From assembly GCA_050011875.1 (NCBI GenBank), contig JBEKIG010000008.1:30158-94157 (forward strand): a DNA stretch of 64,000 bases, read 5' to 3'. The notes under the pieces were generated by a model. It was not told the DNA's origin. It did no database searches and saw only the letters and a program-made list of their open reading frames with translations. A program made the position numbers and the translations under genes. This document shows, piece after piece, positions 31,591 through 42,457 of this stretch; position 1 is the first letter of the stretch; each line of letters starts with the position of its first letter. The DNA comes from Nitrososphaeria archaeon (GTDB lineage Archaea > Thermoproteota > Nitrososphaeria > JACIWG01).

Positions 31591-31749
31591 TCAATCCCTC
31601 ATCAGTGCAGACCTTGAAGCAATCAATGCAGCAGTAATTAAGAAGACAAGGCCGAAGACGTCGTTCAACATGTGCCATGCGTCAGTCGTCAGCGCTAAGC
31701 TGTCTGTGAGAATACCGCCCACAAGTACAAAGAAGACAACTGTGATGCT
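31591..31749 (-). pseudogene. N-terminal fragment of a CDF (CzcD-like) cation efflux transporter
   Basis: VGGILTDSLALTTDAWHMLNDVFGL is the CDF TM2 signature; no start codon, early stop. Confidence 0.7.
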
Positions 31750-31801
31750 CTTTAGATCTCAAAAACTTTTTTAAAGAAGTGAGCCCTCGAAATATTCTGC
31801 A

Positions 31802-32230
31802 ATGAGAAGGAAAACACCAAGCGTTTTCAAGAAAATACCTAAAAAGGAGAAAAGTGATCTTATTGCAGCAATAAAAGATAAGAAATATTGGAACGTTTCT
31901 GAAGAAGACAAGAACTACGTCTATGTAGTTGCACTATCGAGAGCTAGAGAGAAAGCTCCAGTCGGATATTATGCGAAGACTTCCGCTTTTGGGAAGGTTC
32001 AGGTGATTCCAGAAGCGGCAAAATATTGTAGGAAATATAGAATATTAATTTTAGACTTTAAGAATCGTGCTGCGTTTTCGGTATTGACTTGGATGGCATT
32101 CACAAGAATGATGAGAAGAAACGATGAGTTAGTTAAGACGCTAATTAAGAGCAGGCTGACTCCTCCATATATTAACAGGAAGGTTCTTAGGGAACTTTCT
32201 GAAAGTGTCCTAGGTAAAGGTAAAAAGTAA
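31802..32230 (+). CDS. Basic hypothetical protein
   Basis: 142-aa ORF; TTTTAAA about 30 bp upstream. Confidence 0.7.
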   Translation: MRRKTPSVFKKIPKKEKSDLIAAIKDKKYWNVSEEDKNYVYVVALSRAREKAPVGYYAKTSAFGKVQVIPEAAKYCRKYRILILDFKNRAAFSVLTWMAFTRMMRRNDELVKTLIKSRLTPPYINRKVLRELSESVLGKGKK

Positions 32231-32378
32231 AAAGGAATTAATATTATTCACACTCATTTAAAAGACTTTTTTCGTTAAATGTAAAACGATAATTTTTTAA
32301 ACTATTAAATTAATCAATATAAAAATATATTTTGTTTGAAAGGATAACTTTTTTAGTAAGGTTTCTAAAAATATACGG

Positions 32379-32942
32379 TTGGAGCTAAAATATGTTCTGG
32401 GTGAATCAAATAATATGGCTGAAAAAAGGGCTAGCAAAAAATCTGATAATATATGGAGCGATAAACCTTGGATATTGCCTTCTATCATAATTAGAGGAAT
32501 AGCATCAGTTATATTTGCACTTTTATTGGCTTGGCTTGAAGTCCAATTTAAAGTAGCTGCACAAATGGTTATAGGTATTAGACTCGACATTTGGACATAT
32601 TCTATCATATTTATAGTCTGGTTTGTCAGTGCATCTGGTTTCCTTTTGTTAAGAGCTTCGAACTTTTATATTCTTAGACAAAACAGCATTGAAATCATAT
32701 ATGGCGTTGTCAGCAAGAGGTCTTTCTTGATAGCTGCAACCGGATTCTCAGAGCTGGAAGTCGTGAGATCTGTTACAGACAGACTGCTGAACATGGGTCA
32801 GATAGTTGTTATATCCGACAGTGGACGAAAAGTCAAACTAAGAAATATCAGAAGCCCGATAGAAGTTTCCAACATGATTAGAGAAGCGATGACGAAACCT
32901 GTGGTAAGATTAGAGCATGAAGAAGCTTCTAACAAAAGTTAA
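32379..32942 (+). CDS. Membrane protein with bacterial PH (bPH_2-like) domain
   Basis: Two TM helices, then Y.L....I....GVV...V.RS..DRLL.MGQI...I..P pattern. Confidence 0.75.
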   Translation: MELKYVLGESNNMAEKRASKKSDNIWSDKPWILPSIIIRGIASVIFALLLAWLEVQFKVAAQMVIGIRLDIWTYSIIFIVWFVSASGFLLLRASNFYILRQNSIEIIYGVVSKRSFLIAATGFSELEVVRSVTDRLLNMGQIVVISDSGRKVKLRNIRSPIEVSNMIREAMTKPVVRLEHEEASNKS

Positions 32943-33036
32943 GCTCTTTTTACATAGTTAAATCTTAATGCTCAGTTTCTCACATAATCGTATCCATTAC
33001 AAAAAAAAGTTAACATATGCATTCATTTTTTACCAG

Positions 33037-33129
33037 ATAGTCACCGTGATTATTTTTGCGATTCTCAATGTACTTCTTGGTTAACTATTCGGTATTAATC
33101 TATCTGCCTCTTTCTTCCCTAGAATTTAG
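33037..33129 (+). pseudogene. Decayed 3' fragment paralogous to the membrane protein at 62721-63152
   Basis: IVTVIIFAILNVLLG*LFGINLSASFFPRI* versus ILAVVVFAVMSVILGSLFGIVLPASFFPHL*. Confidence 0.65.
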
Positions 33130-33296
33130 CGCACTTTGCTAGTGTTGAACTAAGTTTACCTAAGAATATGGCACATCATTTCTTTTTTTGTACACTGATG
33201 TAACATACATTTCTTGTGTTTCTTTGAAATTAAATCGGTCTCATATAGTATTGCACCTTCGTGAATTGAAAATATATATCCATTAAGAGTGCAAAC

Positions 33297-33878
33297 TTAT
33301 CGCAACATTTCTTTTAATTTGATGAAATCATTTTCTAAAATTTTTAAATTTTTTGGGTCATAAAGGGCCGCAGCTGGATGTATAGTTGGGAGAAGTGAAA
33401 GTTTCCTTGAATCGCTCTGGAATTCATAAATCTTTCCTCTCACAGATAAAATTCCTCCTGCGACGATTCCAACCTTTGACAAAAAATAAATAGTTGAATA
33501 TCTTCCCAAGCTTGAAACAATCTGCGGCTTAACTATGCTTAATTGCTTTTCCAAGTAAGGGGTGCAGGTTTTAATCTCCAATTGGAAAGGGCCTCTGTTT
33601 TCAGGTGGCCGACATTTAACAATATTCGTAATATAGACGTTTTCGCGCCTAATATCAAGCGTCTGTTCAATCATTTTAGTAAGAAGTTTTCCGGCAGCCC
33701 CCACAAAAGGTCTGCCCTCTAAATCTTCGTGATATCCAGGTGCCTCGCCAACAAACATCAATTTAGCGTTAGAATCTCCCTCTCCGGGAACGGCGACAGT
33801 TCGAGACATGTGAAGGGGGCATTTAATGCAGCCTCTTACTTCCTTTTCCAGTTGTCTTAACATATACCTATTAGACAA
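33297..33878 (-). CDS. udg: Family 4 uracil-DNA glycosylase ([4Fe-4S])
   Basis: CIKCPL, GEAPG, PFVGAAG, NIVKCRPPENR, HPAA. Confidence 0.95.
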   Translation of the reverse strand: MSNRYMLRQLEKEVRGCIKCPLHMSRTVAVPGEGDSNAKLMFVGEAPGYHEDLEGRPFVGAAGKLLTKMIEQTLDIRRENVYITNIVKCRPPENRGPFQLEIKTCTPYLEKQLSIVKPQIVSSLGRYSTIYFLSKVGIVAGGILSVRGKIYEFQSDSRKLSLLPTIHPAAALYDPKNLKILENDFIKLKEMLR

Positions 33879-34031
33879 TGTTTAATGCATGTTATAACCA
33901 TTCCCTCTGGGGAACCTTGATTATATTTAGTTTATAAAATTGATATTTTCACATTTTTGAAATTTTTAGATAAGGTTAGATAAATTTATAAAAGGTTAAA
34001 AGATAGAAATGCAAGGTGCTGTTTACCCTTT

Positions 34032-37007
34032 ATGGAAGAAGATAAGCCATTCAATGCTGGTAAAGGGGAAGCATCTGCCATATCTAAAGATAAGTCGATT
34101 GGGAGATCTAGCACAGATTTTGAACAAGGGTTATCCCAAAATGAGGCAGAAAAGAGACTTCAAGAATTTGGCTTAAACGTTGTCCCAAAAATAAGACCCA
34201 ACTTGTTAAGGTCATATGTCTCTCCCTTAATGAATTGGCTTATTAGTATCTATTTGATAATCAGTATAATCTTAGCCTTACTTGCTTTTTTTATACGACC
34301 TAGAATTTATGGCCAGGTGTTTCTATGGCTTGTAGTAATCGCGATCAACGCGGTCCTGATAATTGTACAGCATTTCAGAGCCCAGATCAATCTGGAGGCA
34401 CTCCAGAAACTTTCACCGTCGGAGAGTAAGGTGATTCGGGACGGAAAGATTGTCGTAATACCCTCCGAGCAGATTGTTCCAGGCGACATTATCATGCTTA
34501 GTGCAGGGGATAAAGTTCCAGCAGATGCTAGAATTATTTCTTCTTCATACCTTAAAGTAAACGAAGCAGCACTTACAGGCGAGTCTGAGGAAGTTGAGAA
34601 ATACGCTGACAACACTACGGAAGTTACACATATTACATCCAACTCATCGAATCTTATCTTCTTAGGAACTTGGGTGACCGCAGGCTCAGCACTAGTTGCT
34701 GTTTTAAAAACAGGCAAGGAAACTGAGCTTGCAAAAATTTCAAGAAATGTAGAAAAAAGGAATGTGATGCAAACAACTTTACAAACAAAAATAAATAAAA
34801 TAGCAAAATATTTGGGATTCGCGGTTCTCGCCTATCTAGCTATTGCATTTGCACATCAAGTAGTTCTCATATATCTAAACCACGTTCTCCATCAGAATAT
34901 CGTGTATAACGCTGACCTGATCGCAAGAACTGCAGAGAGAAATCTAACAACAGCGATGAGTATTATGCCAATTAATATTCCACTTCTGACTACAATTACA
35001 CTTCTATCAGGTGCATTAGCGATGGCCAAGCATAAGGTTATAATACAGGATTTGAATTCGATAGAGAGCCTTGGTAGAGTTTCCATAGTGTGCGCAGACA
35101 AAACAGGAACAATGACAAAAAATGAAATGACAGTAAAATGGATATGTTTTCCTTCTACCGAAAGCAACGATTTACTTTATGGTGTAACTGGGAGTGGATA
35201 TGAACCTGAAGGTAAAATTATAGAAATAAATGAAAGCATTGGATTAAAAGATATTGCAGCACAAACTCCTGAAACGGTAGGTGTAAATGTAGTGAGCTTA
35301 AATTCAGGAATGTTGCTTGAACATCTTCTTGTTTCAGGAATGCTCAACAATGATTCCACGTCTGTTATAAGCAGGTCGTCTGCTTCGGTAGCAGAAAAAG
35401 AAAAATCAGTTGTTAAGGTAATTGGTGATGCAACTGATTCTTCATTGTCGATCTTGTTTGACAAGTCAGGATTAAATTTGGAAGAGTATAAGTTACAGTT
35501 TAAAGAAATACTTTCTTTTCCGTTTGACTCAAACTTAAAGCGCATGAGCAAGGTTTTTGTGAATAAAGATGGTGGGTACGTTACTTTTACAAAAGGTGCT
35601 ACTGAGACCATTTTACCGATGTGCAATTTTATTGTTGAAGATGCAATAAATAATGTGCGAGAATTTAAAGGCAGAGATAAGGAGATAGTCTTTAAGAAAG
35701 CTAATATCCTTGCTTCTTTCGGATACAGGATCATCTCGTTTGCTTTTAGGAAATCTGGAACCCTAGAAACAATTCAAAGAGAAAGGAACTCGATAGAAAG
35801 GGATTTAACTTATTTGGGATTCGTAGCTATCTCAGATCCATTAAGGGAAGATGTCCGTGAATCTGTCGCTGAAGCGAAGGATGCAGGAATCAGGACGGTC
35901 ATGATAACCGGTGACAATCCAACAACGGCAAAGACAATAGCTGAACAAGCAGGAATATTTAACCAAAACGATTTGATTTCTGAAGGGCAAAGTTTAGAGT
36001 CACTTTCAGAAGATGAATTTATCAGAACTTCAGTATTTGCCAGAATCTCTCCTGAACACAAAAAGATAATTGTAGACCGCTATAAAAGACAAGGGTACGT
36101 TGTAGCCGTAACAGGTGACGGAGTAAACGATGCAATTGCACTTTCGGAAGCAGACGTCGGCGTCGCTATGGGAGTTACCGGAACAGATGTTGCTAAAGAA
36201 TCTGCTGATATGATCGTAGCCGACGATTCATTTAGCACCATTATCACAGGAATACGCGAAGGCAGAGGGCTGTTCGAAAAAATTCGTGCCATAATTTTCT
36301 TTTACATCGCCGTAAACCTTGCAGAAGCTTTAGTTTATTTTGGGGCTTCCTTTTTATCCGGTTTCTATCTACTAAACGCCTATCAACAGATATATATTTT
36401 TATGACCGCTCACGCCATCCCGCCTTTTGCGATATTAATAGAACAACTGAGCGGGGGGATCATGAAAGAGAAACCGAGGAATACGGAGGACATATTCACC
36501 AAGAGAATCATCATCGCTCTACTTCTCTTCTCCATTTCATTGGCGTTCATGCTTTTTGTTACATACTACACAACGATATCGGGTTTAATACCTGTTTTTG
36601 CAGAGAACAAGTTAGGATACGTCCCTAACTTTAGCGCATCCAATTTCTTGAATCCGATCGATTGGGCTCAGGCAAAAGCTCGAACAATGTTGCTTACTGT
36701 CGTACTTATCGCGGAATGCACGCTAGTTATTTCTTTAAGAAGAATAAACAAGTCAATATTTGAAATATTAAGGGAAAACAACTTTTGGGTTATTTGGCTT
36801 TTAATATTATCTGTTCCAATAGCCCACTTAACGCTGATGTATATACCATCTATTCAATCAATTTTGTTTAATTATTTTGGCATCAATTTAGAGATAATCC
36901 GTCTCTCATTTATTGACTGGATAATTGCCATCGTCTTGGGGTTGATGCCTGTGACTTTATTGGAAATCTATAAGATGAAGCTCAAAAGGCAGGGGCTTTT
37001 CTTTTAA
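34032..37007 (+). CDS. P2-like P-type ATPase with non-canonical ion-binding residues
   Basis: TGES, DKTGT, KGA, MITGD, GDGVND present; TM4 reads PINIP instead of PEGLP. Confidence 0.93.
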   Translation: MEEDKPFNAGKGEASAISKDKSIGRSSTDFEQGLSQNEAEKRLQEFGLNVVPKIRPNLLRSYVSPLMNWLISIYLIISIILALLAFFIRPRIYGQVFLWLVVIAINAVLIIVQHFRAQINLEALQKLSPSESKVIRDGKIVVIPSEQIVPGDIIMLSAGDKVPADARIISSSYLKVNEAALTGESEEVEKYADNTTEVTHITSNSSNLIFLGTWVTAGSALVAVLKTGKETELAKISRNVEKRNVMQTTLQTKINKIAKYLGFAVLAYLAIAFAHQVVLIYLNHVLHQNIVYNADLIARTAERNLTTAMSIMPINIPLLTTITLLSGALAMAKHKVIIQDLNSIESLGRVSIVCADKTGTMTKNEMTVKWICFPSTESNDLLYGVTGSGYEPEGKIIEINESIGLKDIAAQTPETVGVNVVSLNSGMLLEHLLVSGMLNNDSTSVISRSSASVAEKEKSVVKVIGDATDSSLSILFDKSGLNLEEYKLQFKEILSFPFDSNLKRMSKVFVNKDGGYVTFTKGATETILPMCNFIVEDAINNVREFKGRDKEIVFKKANILASFGYRIISFAFRKSGTLETIQRERNSIERDLTYLGFVAISDPLREDVRESVAEAKDAGIRTVMITGDNPTTAKTIAEQAGIFNQNDLISEGQSLESLSEDEFIRTSVFARISPEHKKIIVDRYKRQGYVVAVTGDGVNDAIALSEADVGVAMGVTGTDVAKESADMIVADDSFSTIITGIREGRGLFEKIRAIIFFYIAVNLAEALVYFGASFLSGFYLLNAYQQIYIFMTAHAIPPFAILIEQLSGGIMKEKPRNTEDIFTKRIIIALLLFSISLAFMLFVTYYTTISGLIPVFAENKLGYVPNFSASNFLNPIDWAQAKARTMLLTVVLIAECTLVISLRRINKSIFEILRENNFWVIWLLILSVPIAHLTLMYIPSIQSILFNYFGINLEIIRLSFIDWIIAIVLGLMPVTLLEIYKMKLKRQGLFF

Positions 37008-37225
37008 TATTTCCAAAAACATAAAGACAGCCTAAGAACCAAGAACATTGGGCTCTTGATCAAACTTTCTCCATCAGACTTGGGTGTGCTAACCCAAGAG
37101 ATGAATTCTAAGTTTAATGAATTCAATTCTTCTGGTTAATTTTAGAACATTAAAAGGTTCCGTAGACTATTGTGCATGAAGTTCTGGTATACTTTGAGGA
37201 AAGGCTTTTACCCTACTTTAGATTC

Positions 37226-38893
37226 TTAAATTTGGCTGTTTGCTAGGAACTTCTTAGCATTACGCAGAGCAATCTTATAGAATAAGAACGCTATCACAAA
37301 AGAAATAACCGCGCTCATCGTAACGGCTAAAGGAACATTAATTTTGGGCAAAAACTCTATAAAGGGTAAAGCAAGCAAACGGGCAGCATAATAAAGGAAA
37401 GGTAAAAGCACAATCACTGATACGACTACACTTATAATCGAGCCGACTAGCGAAGTCACTGGATTAACCATCCTAGGTCTGGGCGCTTCAGTGAATTGCG
37501 CGCCTTTTATTCCCGAACCAATAGAAACAGCAGCTATTGCAAAGATTAAAAGGAAAGATTCAATTATTGATACAACAATTAGGCTTATAGAAGGATGCGC
37601 AACTAAGATTCCTACAATATCACAAACAATTGAAACTAGGCAGGAGATGGATACAACGAAGGTATACTTGGATTTTATCAAGCTACTCGCACTAATAGGA
37701 GAAGAGTATATGAGCCAAATCGACAGGCCTTCTTCGCCAATTATAATAGTCCCGAGAGATGTAGACATAAGAGCACCTGGTAATAGGAGTATCCAAACAG
37801 AGAAGAAGGATGAAAACGATGATTGAATCTGACCAGCTGACCCTAGTATTGGCATCAGGACGATAATTAGAGGCAATATGAAAATATACATTAACTCTCT
37901 CCTTCTTGTGAAAGCCCTAAGGTCCTTTCTTATCAAAGTGACTTCTGATGTAGAGAAGCCAAATCTTTCCAAAAACGATGTCCTTGGAACATAAACTCCC
38001 TTCGATACTGTTATTGCCGGAGGTTCGTATAAACCGAACTTTACGTTTATTCTAACAGCCAGAAAAAAGAGGAGAAAGGTGAAAGCTACAGAAGCAATTA
38101 AGCATAGGAAGGTGTTCAGAATATTTTCACTGATGAAGGAAGCAAGTGCCAACCCTGGCCAGGCGTACGGAACATACCAAATAGAACCTTGGGCACTAGC
38201 TACGGTTTGAACTAGCTCTATCGCATTTGAGCCTGATGTAATAGTGAACCATAATACATAGAAAAAGATCAAAAAGAGGATGGAACCAACGAACCTCACC
38301 CAGACAGCAGCCTTACCCGATGACTTGTAGACTGCGCCTATGAACCGGGTCTGTAGAACCCTGAAGATGTCTGTTGTTGTGCTTGCCAAGAAAGCACTTA
38401 CAAGTAATGCAAACGTTGCAAAAAGTGCAAGAGTAAACAATTTAAGGAAGATGGATAATGTCAAAACAGCCAAACTGATCGCAATAATTGAGGCCAAGGG
38501 AAAACCTATCAGATGCGATATGACTGAAGCGAGGGTATGTTCTTCCCAAGTTATGGGTAACCAATATGGAACCTGGACAGATAACCTCATTCCTCCTTGC
38601 TGAATCTGGCTCATCATTGTAAATATAAAGCTGAAAAGAAGTATCAAGATCGGAAGTGAGAGAAAAACGTATAGAGCTCCCTGATAAATGAGGCCTTTGA
38701 ATTTAAGATCAAGAAGGCTGCTGTAGAAGAACCCAACAGATAGACCTACCAACAGCCCTATCGTTACTCCACCCCCATACAGTAGGTATTGAAGTGTCCT
38801 ATTTTCCCTGTATCTTCTGAGTTGACTGCCTCTAATTAACCTTCCAGACTTTATGTCCACATTAACAAGCCTGACCACGTTTCTCCAGTTCAC
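37226..38893 (-). CDS. ABC-2-type exporter permease (large, about 14 TM)
   Basis: Many TM helices; LIRKDLRAFTRR and EG.SIWLI.SSPIS...I.SK motifs; overlaps the ATPase stop. Confidence 0.8.
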   Translation of the reverse strand: MNWRNVVRLVNVDIKSGRLIRGSQLRRYRENRTLQYLLYGGGVTIGLLVGLSVGFFYSSLLDLKFKGLIYQGALYVFLSLPILILLFSFIFTMMSQIQQGGMRLSVQVPYWLPITWEEHTLASVISHLIGFPLASIIAISLAVLTLSIFLKLFTLALFATFALLVSAFLASTTTDIFRVLQTRFIGAVYKSSGKAAVWVRFVGSILFLIFFYVLWFTITSGSNAIELVQTVASAQGSIWYVPYAWPGLALASFISENILNTFLCLIASVAFTFLLFFLAVRINVKFGLYEPPAITVSKGVYVPRTSFLERFGFSTSEVTLIRKDLRAFTRRRELMYIFILPLIIVLMPILGSAGQIQSSFSSFFSVWILLLPGALMSTSLGTIIIGEEGLSIWLIYSSPISASSLIKSKYTFVVSISCLVSIVCDIVGILVAHPSISLIVVSIIESFLLIFAIAAVSIGSGIKGAQFTEAPRPRMVNPVTSLVGSIISVVVSVIVLLPFLYYAARLLALPFIEFLPKINVPLAVTMSAVISFVIAFLFYKIALRNAKKFLANSQI

Positions 38894-39669
38894 TGGAGAA
38901 GCGCCTCGACAACTTCCTTTATATCTTCTGTTCCTGTAAGTTTCAAAAAGATATCTTCAAGATCTGAACCAGGCATCCGAGCTTTCTCTCTAAGATCTTC
39001 CATATTTCCTAAAGCCTGCAGTCTCCCTTGGAACATTATAGCTATCCTATTAGCCATGGCCTGGGCGATTTCAAGAATATGAGTTGATACAACAGAAGTC
39101 ACCCCCTGCTCTGTCAGTTCTTTCAGAAGGTCTTTGACAATCCTAGCCGACTTTGGATCTAAACCGTTAAGGGGTTCATCCAAAATCAGCAGCTTCGGTT
39201 TATGAATTAAAGCTGAAATTAGAACGATCTTCTGTTTCATGCCTTGGGAGTAGCTATTTATTACGTCTCCTTCCCTCCCTTCTAGGCCAAGTGCTACCAT
39301 ATACTTCTCTATTCTCGCCTTCTTATCTGAAAGTGGGACCCCATAGATGTCCCCTACAAAGTCGAGGTACTCTAAACCTGTCAAGAATTCGTAAATTCGA
39401 GGGGTTTCGGGAACATAACCTATGAGCCTCTTTACCCCCACTGGATCTTCGACTACACTCTTTCCGAGCACTTTAACGACTCCTGAATCTGGTTTCACTA
39501 ATCCCAAAATCATCTTCAGCGTAGTAGATTTTCCAGAACCATTGGGTCCCAGGAGTCCAAGAATCTCCCCTTGCGGGACAGTAAGATCTAAACTGTCAAC
39601 TGCTACTATGTCTGAGTAACGCTTGACTACTCCCTTAAGTTCCACTGCATATTCTGGGGAGAAACCCAT
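38890..39669 (-). CDS. ABC transporter ATP-binding protein
   Basis: GPNGSGKST, YSQGMKQK, LILDEP, STH. Confidence 0.95.
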   Translation of the reverse strand: MGFSPEYAVELKGVVKRYSDIVAVDSLDLTVPQGEILGLLGPNGSGKSTTLKMILGLVKPDSGVVKVLGKSVVEDPVGVKRLIGYVPETPRIYEFLTGLEYLDFVGDIYGVPLSDKKARIEKYMVALGLEGREGDVINSYSQGMKQKIVLISALIHKPKLLILDEPLNGLDPKSARIVKDLLKELTEQGVTSVVSTHILEIAQAMANRIAIMFQGRLQALGNMEDLREKARMPGSDLEDIFLKLTGTEDIKEVVEALLQ

Positions 39670-39837
39670 ACACTAACGTCTCTAGATTTGCCCTAAAGGT
39701 GTATTATGTCTTTTGATGAACTTCCAGTTACCATTAAGCTTCATCATCTATCCTGAAGAAGGAACAAGAATCTACACGTAGAAACTAATTGATGAGCTCT
39801 ATAACCCAAATATTGCCCAAGTTCCTATAGGAGGTCC

Positions 39838-40242
39838 ATGGAGGCAGTGTCAAACGAAATCGATGTTACAGAATTAAAAAAGGCAGATCGTAAAAGAACG
39901 ATTATCTACGCGATAGGATTAATCCTTGTGGAGTTCTTCGTAATGCTTCTGGCTCTCATTCTATTTTCATATATTGGCCTAATAGTGCTTCTAGTATTTG
40001 TGTTCATATTCTTTCCATCACCCTATCATACTATGCCTCAAAAATACACGATTTCCAATGGATCTATAATGTTTGATGGAAAGAAAATAGTCAAGATCCC
40101 GTTGAACTTTAAAGTCAAAACCAATGCAGATAGAATGTTTGTCTCAATAAAGCATCCTAGAAGAGGAGAAGTGTTAAGACTATACAGTAGAGATCCAGTT
40201 GAACTATCAGAAATTCTAGAGAATATAAGAAAAAAAGAGTAG
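39838..40242 (+). CDS. Hypothetical membrane protein (2 TM plus small soluble domain)
   Basis: GGAGG RBS before ATG; hydrophobic pair. Confidence 0.75.
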   Translation: MEAVSNEIDVTELKKADRKRTIIYAIGLILVEFFVMLLALILFSYIGLIVLLVFVFIFFPSPYHTMPQKYTISNGSIMFDGKKIVKIPLNFKVKTNADRMFVSIKHPRRGEVLRLYSRDPVELSEILENIRKKE

Positions 40243-40526
40243 AGAAAAGATTTTGTTGGACTCGGTTAGATGAATAGATTTTTACCTGCACTCGAATCTC
40301 TTAAGAAAATAGTTCCTTCAGATTGATCTATCATGAAAATTATTCTTTGACTTGTTAAGGTTGTTTACCTAACCAAACTCCCTTTTCCCAGAGCAAAGTC
40401 CACACATAATGTTCTTCGATCTCTGATTCTATTATCTCTTTTAGAGACTGGAAGATTATGTTATATCTTGTCCCGTCTTCAACGGCCATATTTAATTCAA
40501 TAACTCCAGAACACTCTCTCAGTAAC

Positions 40527-41747
40527 TTAGATTCCAAGAAGTAGGCCAATAATGAATTCTACAAACAATGCTATAGCACTGGCAGTGGCGCTTTTAGCCC
40601 ATGAAAACCCGGTTGATAAACGAGTTGCTATCGCACAAAGTGCAGTTATCCACACGAGCGCAGTTACCTGTACATAACCGCTAATCGTGGAAAAAAGCGT
40701 GGCTTGGCTGTCTATCTTGGCTGTGGCGGCCGCCATTTCTGTCGGAGTCCCTCCAAGGTATTCGAGAGAGTAGTAAAGTTTTGGTAACGTCAATAGGACA
40801 AAAATTGTGTTTACTAGATACATTACACTAAAGATGATAAGAGAGAATCCAACTGAAATAAATATTGTTTTCCAAAGTGTTTTTGCTCCAAAAGTTTTAA
40901 CGAGTAAGAAGATTATACCAGCTATTAGAAGCCATCGAAAAAGAAATTGCAGTAAGCCAGATAGTAAATAATTTAAAAGATAGTCAGCGGCGTCAGTGTT
41001 AAGAGGGTTTTGAAAAACACCGCGAAAATATAGGCCGTCAAGGAGTATTGTGATGTTTGAATTTTCAGACCAACCAAACTGCAGCTTCATCCCTGTGATT
41101 CTTGTCCAGTCCACACTGTTGTTTGCCCAACCTTCAGTCGCAAGAGGAACCGTCAGGTTGTTCCAGACGCCTGCCGTACTATTTGAAAGGGTTTCAGTTA
41201 GGTCGTAAAAGGAATAATCTGAGTTATTCCCAGAGAACAGGTAGATGGACGCGTTTGAAGGAGCGGTTTTTGGGCTTATGATCTTCACCCTTAAAGACAG
41301 GTTTCGATAACCATCAGTAGCTGAGCAATTTACAGGTCCTATATCAATCAGGTTCATGAAAATTTGAGAACTGTTAGGCATTGAGAACGCGATGCTTCTG
41401 TTACCATAATAGCTACCATTTATGAAATCATTAAAGTCCTCTTTGATCGTTGCTCCTGGTGCGGAGGTCCACAAGGTCGCGTTTTCAGTCCATACGTCAA
41501 CCTGCCCGATTGATGGGTTAGAATTCGGAAGAGTGTATTCAAGGTAGCTTCTTGATAGGATAGCGGAACTGTACACCGTGCTCGCAGCCAGGAAAAGGAC
41601 CATTATCAGGATTGGCCCAATGTACTTGGGCTCTCCAACTATATCCTTAAATGCCCTTTGAGGTGCATAAAATATTTCGAGAATCTGATGAATTGTCGCA
41701 TTCTTCCGCCTCTTATGCGGTTCTTCCGTTGCGGTACTATTGCTCAT
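40527..41747 (-). CDS. Yip1-family membrane protein with inserted extracellular beta-rich domain
   Basis: IFYAPQRAFKDI Yip1 start, long N-X-S/T-rich insert, C-terminal TM bundle with FSWAKSA. Confidence 0.75.
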   Translation of the reverse strand: MSNSTATEEPHKRRKNATIHQILEIFYAPQRAFKDIVGEPKYIGPILIMVLFLAASTVYSSAILSRSYLEYTLPNSNPSIGQVDVWTENATLWTSAPGATIKEDFNDFINGSYYGNRSIAFSMPNSSQIFMNLIDIGPVNCSATDGYRNLSLRVKIISPKTAPSNASIYLFSGNNSDYSFYDLTETLSNSTAGVWNNLTVPLATEGWANNSVDWTRITGMKLQFGWSENSNITILLDGLYFRGVFQNPLNTDAADYLLNYLLSGLLQFLFRWLLIAGIIFLLVKTFGAKTLWKTIFISVGFSLIIFSVMYLVNTIFVLLTLPKLYYSLEYLGGTPTEMAAATAKIDSQATLFSTISGYVQVTALVWITALCAIATRLSTGFSWAKSATASAIALFVEFIIGLLLGI

Positions 41748-42073
41748 GTTCTCTATACGTCCTCACATCCCAAGTTTTAAACACATTCAGCTTTATATAC
41801 AATATGTTCTAATATTGAACTTTCAGATTGGTATTTAACTGTTAGTTTATAAGCTCTTAAAGAGAAATCATAATACAAAATCTACTTTATTTTAGCAAAT
41901 CTTCGATCAAAATCTTACACCGTTAATTTAAATAACAAATATAGCATGTTCTTAGAAACCAGTAAGAAAGAATCAAACTTCCGTTGTGGCATTTTCTTTC
42001 TAATCTGACAGAAAAATAAAAAGGGATTGGGGTCAATTCTATGCTTTAGAAGAAAGGATCTCATTTTTGATAA

Positions 42074-42457
42074 CTAAGTTTTTGTCACATCGAAGAGATC
42101 GAGCGCATCTTTACTTACAACCTCATCAGCTAAATGTTCAAGTTCGTTCCAGTATCTGTTGTAGTACTCTTGCAACAGTGCTGTTTTCAATGACATCCTC
42201 AGCTTTTGTGATCCATTGAAAAAGGTGAAAGAAAGCCCTTCTCCTTCCTCAACAGAAATATCACATTTTGAACAAGCCTTAACCCCATCTAATGCGCAAA
42301 GGTAGGGCTTTCTCACTATGGTTTCAGCAACACATTTCGAGACGTCTCCTAATACAGATTTAGCATACAAGCATGCTTTCACCCCTAACATCAGAGATGG
42401 GCCATAATGTCCGTGTAAAGTTACAGCTTTCTTAATATATTCTTTTTCAGAATCCAT
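42074..42457 (-). CDS. FmdE-family metal-binding protein
   Basis: LHGHYGP..MLG, C.LDGV...S.C. Confidence 0.85.
   Translation of the reverse strand: MDSEKEYIKKAVTLHGHYGPSLMLGVKACLYAKSVLGDVSKCVAETIVRKPYLCALDGVKACSKCDISVEEGEGLSFTFFNGSQKLRMSLKTALLQEYYNRYWNELEHLADEVVSKDALDLFDVTKT

Noticed and set aside
37046-37170. GGCTCTTGATC and GGTTCCGTAGAC as possible element ends, plus a small hairpin
   Set aside because: No partner repeat or TSD found
40355-40549. 64-aa ORF overlapping the Yip1 gene end
   Set aside because: No motif or clear start; possibly a decayed fragment
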